Translations under genes and position numbers: made by a program
Notes under the pieces: generated by a model
What the model was told of the DNA's origin: nothing
The model's database searches: none
Seen by the model: the letters and a program-made list of their open reading frames with translations, nothing else
Shown here: in pieces, positions 55,081 to 64,000 of the stretch
How the letters are laid out: each line of letters opens with the position of its first letter
How positions within the stretch are numbered: position 1 is the first letter of the stretch
NCBI GenBank assembly: GCA_040954595.2
Contig: CM082595.2
Location: 5,048,137 to 5,112,136 of the forward strand
Length of the DNA: 64,000 nucleotides
Reading direction: 5' to 3'
From: Balanoglossus misakiensis
Taxonomy: Eukaryota; Animalia; Hemichordata

Positions 55081-57359
55081 TCACAAGCAATGCTGGTGTT
55101 CTGAGTGGAGAGAGTTGTTTATCGTTTCTGTGCCGGTCTAAGAACGTCACTTTGGTTGAATAAAAATTGGGTTTTGCAGGCTTAATTAGTGAAGCCTTGA
55201 CTTGTTCTATGGAATGCACACTTGCACGGAAGATGCATTTTCGTACTGAATTGGCTAGAGTCCCCGAGGCACCGTTGTGGCAAGCAATGTTGAGATTTGC
55301 AGAAACAATATACCCAGGGGGGAAAAAAGAGAATTTTTTAATGTCATCTGCTCTCTTGAAGAGTAATGACAGTGCCTTGCTTATAAAGCCCATATACTTT
55401 GTACCTGCAAGGTTGATGAAAGAAAGTTGGAATGAAGAAATGACAGTTTGGTCTGTTTTCACTTGCTGATGTAAATAAAGCCAAAACTGCCTGATTTTGA
55501 AAAGAAAGTTCTGATATTTGTGTGTTGAATTGTTTTAATTTCATATTCCTTTCAAGTTTTGGATGAGAATACATTTTGCTGGTAATTACCCCCATTTGTG
55601 AATTTGAAAAAAAAAATGATTACATTGATCAGAGGTGTAGATTTTATTCCGATTGTTACCATAGCTACAGAGGTTTGCTTCCATGACGTCAAAAAGTAAA
55701 TGTGCCTGCAGTGTTGAAAGTGACATTCTGGAGTGTGGTCGGTGATGGGTGATTTCTATTAGACTTTTGGTGGCAAGTAACAGCATGGCATTAAGTGTCT
55801 TTGTGAATAAGAGTGGTGTCTTTGCCGTGCCTTTGGTGGATTCAGATAATGCTGAGTGCAAAGAAAATATGAGCAATCTACAAGTATCATTGTATAAATA
55901 TCGAAGGATTGCCACGGATCAATTCTGCCCCACTCCTTGTCTCAGTTTTTGTTTGAAAAGTATTCAATAACGTTTATTAAAGCGAGCTCTCTGCGAAAAC
56001 AGCGCCTGTGTGCGTTTCCGGGACGTCGAACAAAGCGAAGCGCTCGGGAGTCATTGAAACGTTTCATGGCTGTCCTTCGGTGGGCATTGATCTGGGCTTC
56101 CGTGTGCTTTGACGACAGGGGGATGATCAATACACGCACTGCATTAGAAATCCCCACGTCCAAATAAACCGTCGTCTCTCCCCCTAGCTTCGCGGTGTTG
56201 CCTTTATCTCCTCTCTCCCCCCGCCCTCGAAAAATCAATGGTCATCAACGAGGTACGAAATTCTCTTTTGTCATGCAGAGTCGGTGAAGGGCCGCTTTTC
56301 TTTGTGGTACTTCCTCTCAAAAGACCATAAAACACTCCCAAAACATCGGAGCCATGTTTTCAAAAGGATCGGACCCAGAAGTACTATCCGTGTAATAATT
56401 GCTCGCCTTTTCTAAACTCCGCGCCTCTTGGTATTTGAATATTCGTCGTTTCCAAAAGAGCGTTATCGACAGAAACTCACTTTGCGTCAACAAATCAACA
56501 GCCAGTCGTGGGACTGCATCCCCCTGTGCATCGATCACTCCAGCCCAGATATTCTTACAGAATTGCAACAAAAAAAGAACACAGAGAAAAGGTTTTTTTC
56601 ATATCTCAGGAAATGGATACGCACTGTTTTGAACAAGGCGGTGTATAAACTGCGCTTAATCATATCTCTGAGTATGATTAACATTACACGGCATACACGT
56701 TGAATCGCACACGGAGAAAGGCATTTCTTTTTTCAAACGACTACAATACCTTGGTGATCTGCATTGATGCTTTTAAGTTTTTTTTTCATTCATGTTACTG
56801 TGACTGGAAATCTGAGCGGTGGGTATTTGAGGGTTGTTAATTGTTCTACGGCTAGTGTCAGGGCACTAATAAAGAATGATCTGCCGGAAAATTCATTTTC
56901 ATTTGTCCGTCGCCACTGGAAAATTAGCATGACAGACACGTTACCAATAGTCTTATCTGACGCTGAAAGTAATTGGGGGAGTTGTGATTAGATTTCGCAG
57001 GTCTACGGACCAAAATTTCATTACGATATGACACGTTAGTGATAACGGAGTGGTAACGCTTCTTAATTTCATTTTCAACTGTCAGACTATATTTCCTTCA
57101 ATTTAAACATTAGGCAGCATTCACGGGTTATAATTGGCTCTTGTCAGTGTACAAAGAGAGGAAAAAAATGGTGAAAACCAGCAATTTTGGTTTTTGTCGA
57201 AACCACAAGAGCCCCACATCTGATTCAAGAATCACCGACAATGACAATGTGGTTAGAATTTCGCTGTTGCTGTGGACTTTTAGTCGATACCAGAGCATTT
57301 CGTGCTCATCAAAATATAAATTAAAACTATAAGTTTAATTCCACTGAGCGGACCGGTTA

Positions 57360-57467
57360 CCATGGTAAATGTAGTCTTTAAACAGAGGGTTGTTATGATG
57401 TACAACTCCCACAATGCAATCCTCGCCCTGCAATCTTAATCATAAGGACATGATGCATTGTGGGTAA
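57360..57467. promoter_or_regulatory. Cluster of ZNF143/Staf (SBS) and ACTACA-type motifs
   Basis: TACAACTCCCACAATGCA at 57401-57418 (+), TTACCCACAATGCA at 57454-57467 (-) and GACTACATTTACCATG at 57361-57376 (-), overlapping an X-box-like GTTACCATGGTAAA at 57356. Confidence 0.5.
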
Positions 57468-60400
57468 ACGACTCCCCACGGATAATCAAACATAGGGGTA
57501 ATTAATAAACATCACGATTAATTTGTTTTTAGTTACACTGATTTTGGTCGAAATCAGTTCACCACACAAACCCCAGTTACAAAACACAACCCACAGACAA
57601 GCAATTTTTGTGGAATTCACACAAATTATACGTTTAACTTTGAAGTTTTTTTTTAATTGCACATTTTTGTTCTTCGCCATGGTAATAAATGGGACGCGGT
57701 GATATCAAAAGAAGTCATTATTAAAAGCTGACAGGTTAACTTATAATGTTAGAACCAGAAAGCCTCCACAGAAAAATGAATTTAACAAATTTTTCGCTAA
57801 TGTAGCAAATATGTTTTCAGTCATAAATAAAGATTCACTTCAATTTATTTTCACAATGTGAACATTTAGATAAGGGTACAACTATAATTCCATAATAAAA
57901 TGTATTCATAATCGATCAGAGAAGCTAAAATTCAACTGCTGTCGTGAGAAAACATAAACAAGTGGAACTGGAAGCGCCGTCGTTTTTATTCTTGAGGATT
58001 GAGAGCTTTTGAAAATTAATTTTTTGCTTGGATTGTCTGTATTTAATTAATAGTGTACATTGAGGCAGAGTGTTCTGACATTGGGGATTGAATAATGGGC
58101 TGTGAATGTAGCAATAAAAATAGAAGCTCCCATTTAAAGCAATCTTATATGAAAAGGACTGGTGTTTGCGATGCTGCGTGGCAGTGAACAAAAAGGTGTC
58201 ACGACACTGGTTTATCTGCTGACATCCCGTGAACGGGGTTTCTTAGTCTCTCATCCTCCACAAGTGCTGTTTGTGAATGATAATGCTATTGAAGTTGTTT
58301 TCATAGCCGCGCCATTGTGCGCGTGTAGAAGCACCCTGGCTGTGCTGTGTATACGTACGTACGCCGAGGTTTGCTTGCTGTGGCTTTACGCACTCTGCGC
58401 TCAGGGTGCCCCGAGACAACGCACTGAGCAATAAAGTGGAAACCGAATCGAATCGCTCGAAAAACCGTTTGTAGTGGAAAGCATCTGAGGCGTAGATAAA
58501 GATTGATTCAGCGAGATAGCTCTCACGTGTTAATGTAGTTACTGATAGAATCAAACTGGCACAACCTGTATTCCCTGAAGGTGTGCTAGCCTCATTCCTG
58601 CCTCACCGGCTCGCCCGTGATTTTTTTTTTCCTCTCCACTCTCCTCTCTCTGGCAGCTCACGGGTCCCTCCCGGGGGACGCGGTCTTACACAACAGGCGA
58701 AAAGTTGCTAAGGTTGTGATGAATTAAAACTGTATCTATCCTGACAATTGTAGGAGCAAACTGCCTGTGTCAGGAAGCAGTGTAATTCGGTCGGATTGCG
58801 GAGTTAAACCGAACTTAAGAATTCATCGATAGCGGTCGGGGTTGTGATCCTGTCGCTGATGAGGAAGCAGAGGGCCAGCAGTTGAGTGAGAATTAAATAG
58901 GATAGAGGAGATTGGGACTGAAAAGCCTGCCGACAGACGTCGACACGGCTCCGATCGCCACGGCGATAGATAGCTCAGTAGTACATACTTAACAAGTCAC
59001 TAGGGGTCTGCAGCAAAACGATAACAGATTTAAGAGGGGGGAAAAATTGAACGAGATAATATCGGCAGCTAAACTGTCCTGTAGATGATAGTGTTCTCGC
59101 TGTGAAAATTGATCAAATGAAACGTAGGTTGAGATGATGCTGTTTAGATTTTAAGTGGCAGTTAAAGTGGTGATCTAAGCTGTAGACACCTTTTTCACTC
59201 TGACATTTACACCACACGTTCAAAAAACACGAGAAAATTTTCTTGAAGATTACAATTTATTTTATAAAACAAATTAACAAATTTGTCCAAACACAAGTCA
59301 AATTAAGCTCTTTTTGTCAATGCTTTGGAGGCAGAGGGTGAATTTTGACATCAAAGCTATGTTTAGTCGTGCTCATATTTTTGTTGCTGCTTGTAAAAAT
59401 AAATCAATAAAATTAAAACAAAAATGGTGAGAATTTTAGGGTTTTTTTGTGAGGCGGAAAGTTGCATTGTTGGTTGCATGTTAACTTTGACAGAAGGTGT
59501 TCAGGCACGAGTGTTGTGGGTGCACATCAGCTGCATTCTTCATAAAACAAGATAGATGAGGTGGGTGAATTTGAGATGGTATTTATCATCCAATTTATTG
59601 ATCTACTAAATAAGAGTTGTTTTTCAGCGGACGTCAAGATAATGAATAGCCCGTCCGACAAAGAATGTCTAAAGTTTACACAGCCTAGGTGTGGTGTGCA
59701 ACCTGATGAAATTTGCCGACTGGGTTTTTATGGGGACCATGTGAGCCCCGGTGAAGTACCTGATGTCCCAAAAAATCAATACGCTGTCCGTAGGCCGACT
59801 CAATTTTTGGTCACAAATTGTTGTCTTTACCAATTTTAGACTAAAATTTTAGTTGACATCCGCAATTCTCACAGAACTTTCACTTTTTGTACCAAAATTT
59901 TGCAGAGATTTGGGAAAAATTAATAGGATTTTGAGAATAATTGATCGGACTTTGATGAATTCGGGGTTGACAGCGACCTAGTAATCACGATGAGATTGAC
60001 ATGAGTTATGAGAGTGCAATATTCTTGTCGGACAGGTAGACAGTGTTCTCACTGACAACGTCCTTGGATTGATAATGATTAACTTTTTTGTTTGAGGGGC
60101 TGAACTGGAAGTGTCTAAGTTATTTTCACTGGTAGCCATCCTTCAAAAGCAAGAGGCGGCAGGGCCCCATCCATCAGCCTGTCCACTCGACTTCAAACAT
60201 CGCCAAATGCCAACTTTTCACATTATGAAAGTTGATATTGCTGTCGAGGATGAGTTATGGCGTGGGTGAAATGTGGCACGTATGTTGACTTTTTCTTTTC
60301 ATCGAGAAGACCCTCAGTGTAGCCATCATAAAGTAATAGATTTATGGTCTTTTTTATTAAAAATAGCAACTATAAGCATGCATGCAAACAAGCCTGTGTT

Positions 60401-63400
60401 GGCATAGTGCTGAGCGCTATCTTTAAAGTCGGTTATATTCTGATAAGTTGCCCACATCCAGAGAAGGCTATCGTAACAATAAATAGTCCATGAATAAAAA
60501 ATTGTAAAATCAGAGCCATGATTTTTATCTCTCAAACACCATCTCCACCACTCCTGTTCAACTATTTAAGCTCAATTTAGGAGCCACTAAAATGAGAAGA
60601 TAAGAATTAAGTAGGTGTCTTGGTCATATTGTCCTGGATTCGATGACACCCGTAAAAATCATATTTTTTTCTCGCACACTTCTCAAGAAATTCAGATATT
60701 GTGGAGGACCGTCTTTCTTGTCCCAAATGTCACACATGACATTTCGTCGTACGGACCGGTCTTGTGTCCAACTATTGGAGGAAAAAATACGAACGCCGCA
60801 GCGCATTCAGTTTTCAAAATGGCCGACCACGCCATCTTTTATTTTCCGCCGGTATTTATGATGGTAGCAACAGACAGGGAATTTATGGTGATGTCATCAT
60901 TGATACGCTCAGGTGGCCTGAACCGCTTCTGCATATTTGATCGAGTAAACATCGCAGACACGAACATGGACAGTTTCAGGATAATTATTAACCCGAGTGT
61001 TTGCCGAGCGATTCAGTGGTCCCCATTTTCACTTACATCTTGGCCCATTGACAGTAGATTTATGTCCCTTCTAAAGCATCTAAATTCATGTCAACAGTGG
61101 TTAAACATATATCAAACACGGAGCCGATCTTTAAGGTCTCAATTTGATAGTGCCGACTCGGTCCACCATCTTTACAGAACAAACAAGACGACATTCCCTC
61201 TTAAAGCGAGAGACAATCAAAGCTTTTCTCTTAAATATTCCAAAGTGGTTAACCCTTGTAAGAAATCTCCATGTTGAAGATTTAGAGATTTTAATTTTAA
61301 AATAGCCCTGTTTATGGTATTTCACAAAAAGAAATAATATCTCCCATGATGCAAAATAGGGAATTATCAAAAGTGTCTTTTTGAATTTTACAAGGGAAGT
61401 TGACTAGAAAGTCTTTTCCCTTTTTTTCTATTTTATTGAAATTTTTATTGACATGTGGGTTAATTTTAATCTGCAGATAGAGTCCATATGTTACAATTAG
61501 AATTTACACCCTCTAAGTCAATAACATTTTGCATGAAGGCTTAGTAGCAGTAGACATTGGACATTTTTGTGATGCTGTTGTAGTGAACAAGAATTGATCG
61601 CACATATAAATGTCAGTTTCTGTCCTTTGTTTCAGTCTGCACCAGTGATGCGTAATAGTGATATGTAATTTCATAAAAGGCTTATAGAAAAATATAATTA
61701 CATTACAAGATTATTTGTGACAAGATAAAAAGTTCATCACCCGAGACGCTATGGAAATGTGAAAGGTCCCATGTCTTCGGGCAGTGCCATCGTTTTGGAA
61801 ATAAATAATGATTATCCCGGCAGTGAGTGCAGGTTGGAATATTTCTGCCCCGGGATATCAAGCTTGATGAGTTGCTTCGTGAAGTGGCCCTGTTAAGCGA
61901 AGCCCTTGAATGTATTCTTCCTCATGTCCTATGCAGATTTACCACCAAAACATTTCGATCTGAATTTTAATTGCGATTAAAAAAGAAATCAGACTGTAGC
62001 TGTGTATTTGTGTAACAACCAGTTCATTTGCATTTGAAAAGCAACTGGCTACAAAGCTCACTTTTGATTGGGTGCTTAGGCTGTCAAAACGAGTTTCAAA
62101 TTCACGTCAATATGAGCTTGTAAACTTTCACCTCTGCACGTGACAATTAGATCATAAAACATATTATCAAATTTAAAAAGTTGGCAAATATAGTTCACAA
62201 ATGTAGCTTGTGCTATAAGTTACCAGAAATCTTCTGGTGTAAGGCCTTACTTTAAAAATCCATGATATTCTGTCAACCCAAATACACCCCTATCACCCCT
62301 GTCTGTTTATGTATTGGTCCAGCCACATCTTTGCAGGCAGTTGGACTGTACCAAGTGTTGTTGGGGAGAAGGTGAGAGCAGCACTTAATTAGATCACACC
62401 AATTGTTTTATCAAATCTAAGTGTAACGATTCCCCACTTGAGTCGATGTGACTGAAATTACAAAACGAAGGGGGGGGGGGGAACGTAGGAACTGAAATTT
62501 CCCTCTGAAATCGCATCACTTATTGCATCAGGAGGTTAAACTAAATGACAGAGTCGAGATTTATAGCGGCCTGCGCCTGAAAATTTTGACCAAAACCCGA
62601 AGAATTGAGGCCGTAAATCTTGTCAGGGAATCCGAGCGTGGAATTGGACATTATCATCTTCAAGTAGTTTAGCCGGCAGCGGTGAGCGGCATTAGGAGCA
62701 GATAAGACAAATGACTGTGGATTTATATCATTATAAAACGGCTCTTCTCGCGCAGGAAAAAGATCAGCTGTCGGTGGCAAACTAGCAGACAGATTCATCA
62801 TCGGTCGCCCCGCCACTGGCGACGGTTTAATAGATTGTGGTAATATTCGCAAAACGCTGGAGCTTGACTCCTCAGAAAGAAAAAAAATGAACGAGATGTA
62901 ACTGAAAGTAAATGGCTACTGATGGCCATGCAGAAAGAAGTTTACGTATCACGAGCAAATGGCAGACAGAAAAAAATGTAACATTTTCTTTTTAACCAGT
63001 TTTGAAATGTCAAATCATTTTTGTTCTTGTATGATTTTATGAAATGTAAGAACATGGATGGACAGCCAGGGTTCTTCCTTAGCATAAACGATGAAATATT
63101 ATTATCTATAAAAATTTCACAGATAACTTAAACTTTCCCCTGTCTGGCCAGCACGTTCTCACTCTGCCTTCACATTGTAAAGTAAGTGTGGTAATCTGTA
63201 TTATAAGAAAATAAATCGAAAAAAAAAATCCAGTTGAAGCACTTTGGTTTGTATAAAACACATCAATTGTGGTTTTTGAAGATAATTACAAAAAAATGAA
63301 GCAAAGATTAAAAATAATCTTTCCTAGTATGTTTCAAAACTTAAAAATAAAATTAACAGATGCATGAAACTCAACAAGGAAAATCCTTTTATTTTATTTT

Positions 63401-63763
63401 TAAGTTCTCCAGAAGTGTAAAAATTTTTACAAACCATTTTGCAAAGTTGTGGATTTTTTCATCACATTTGGACACAAAATATCTCGGTATAGCCAGACTT
63501 CGGTATCCTGTAGTATTGCCGAACACACAAAGACGTTTCCCTCCAGAACAGCTCTCCCCAATTTTCCGCGCCGCTAGATTCGAAATCAACTTTCTATTTG
63601 GTTTGTATAAAGGGAGAGGAAATTCGGTGAATAGGATTCTGTCAAAGTGTGGGTTTATTACGGTCGCCTGCAAATTGTCTTGTAGTCTGTGTGTCAGAAG
63701 CTTTGATGACATAACTGTTGTCTAAGAAATCAAATTTCACTTTTGGGGAGAGGGGGGGGGGGG

Positions 63764-63833
63764 TTGACACATTCACCCCCAGTTCCCTCTATAGAGGTCC
63801 AACTTGACTACAAAACACAATGGAGGATGCAAA
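63764..63833. mobile_element. Degenerate, truncated third copy of the piggyBac-like MITE
   Basis: TTCACCCCCAGTTCCCT..ATAGAGGTCCAAC matches the left half of copies 1 and 2; the right end has decayed. Confidence 0.6.
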
Positions 63834-64000
63834 CTGTACCGTAAAGGTGTGTCTGTAGAGTTTTAAGATGATAGCAGATTCTGAGTTAATGTGTCCTTGA
63901 TAAGTGTAGTGTTCAGTCTCTCAACCTCGTGAGAACAAGTAAATCGTCTTTTCTATCAACTTCAATATTGTGGAGCATGTTCATATGTGTTGAAAGGAAG

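Larger units (their letters stand above)
30581..64000 (+). other. Intron 2 of Prdm3/16 (at least 33 kb; 3' end apparently outside the window)
   Basis: GTGAGT donor immediately after the conserved WE. I recognised no exon encoding the rest of the PR domain or any C2H2 finger downstream, though a short exon could have been missed by eye. Confidence 0.7.

Noticed and set aside
60615-61277. Longest ORF in the track (220 aa)
   Set aside because: It has a non-ATG start, no recognisable domain and no codon bias, consistent with a chance ORF.

Overview
This is an AT-rich animal genomic window and is almost entirely non-coding. It is probably from a non-vertebrate deuterostome such as a hemichordate or echinoderm, which is an inference from the repeat content and gene sequence. 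It holds the 5' end of one large + strand gene, a Prdm3/Prdm16 (MECOM/MDS1-EVI1 / PRDM16, Hamlet/EGL-43 family) PR-SET zinc-finger transcription factor. Coding exon 1 is a 37-nt segment missed by the ORF track (6107-6143, MRSKGKARKLAK plus 1 nt). It is followed by a ~24.1 kb phase-1 intron and then exon 2 (30273 or 30276 to 30580), which encodes an acidic linker and the N-terminal half of the PR domain. A second intron of at least 33 kb runs off the end of the window. The rest is regulatory or intronic DNA with microsatellites, a degenerate minisatellite, at least four MITE types (Kolobok/T2-like, piggyBac-like, Tc1/mariner-like, hAT-like) and clusters of transcription-factor motifs (DR1, RFX X-box, ZNF143, octamer, EVI1-type sites). 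Nearly all listed ORFs look spurious. I see no prokaryotic-type system and no firm evidence of a wholly new biological system; the most interesting leads are regulatory.
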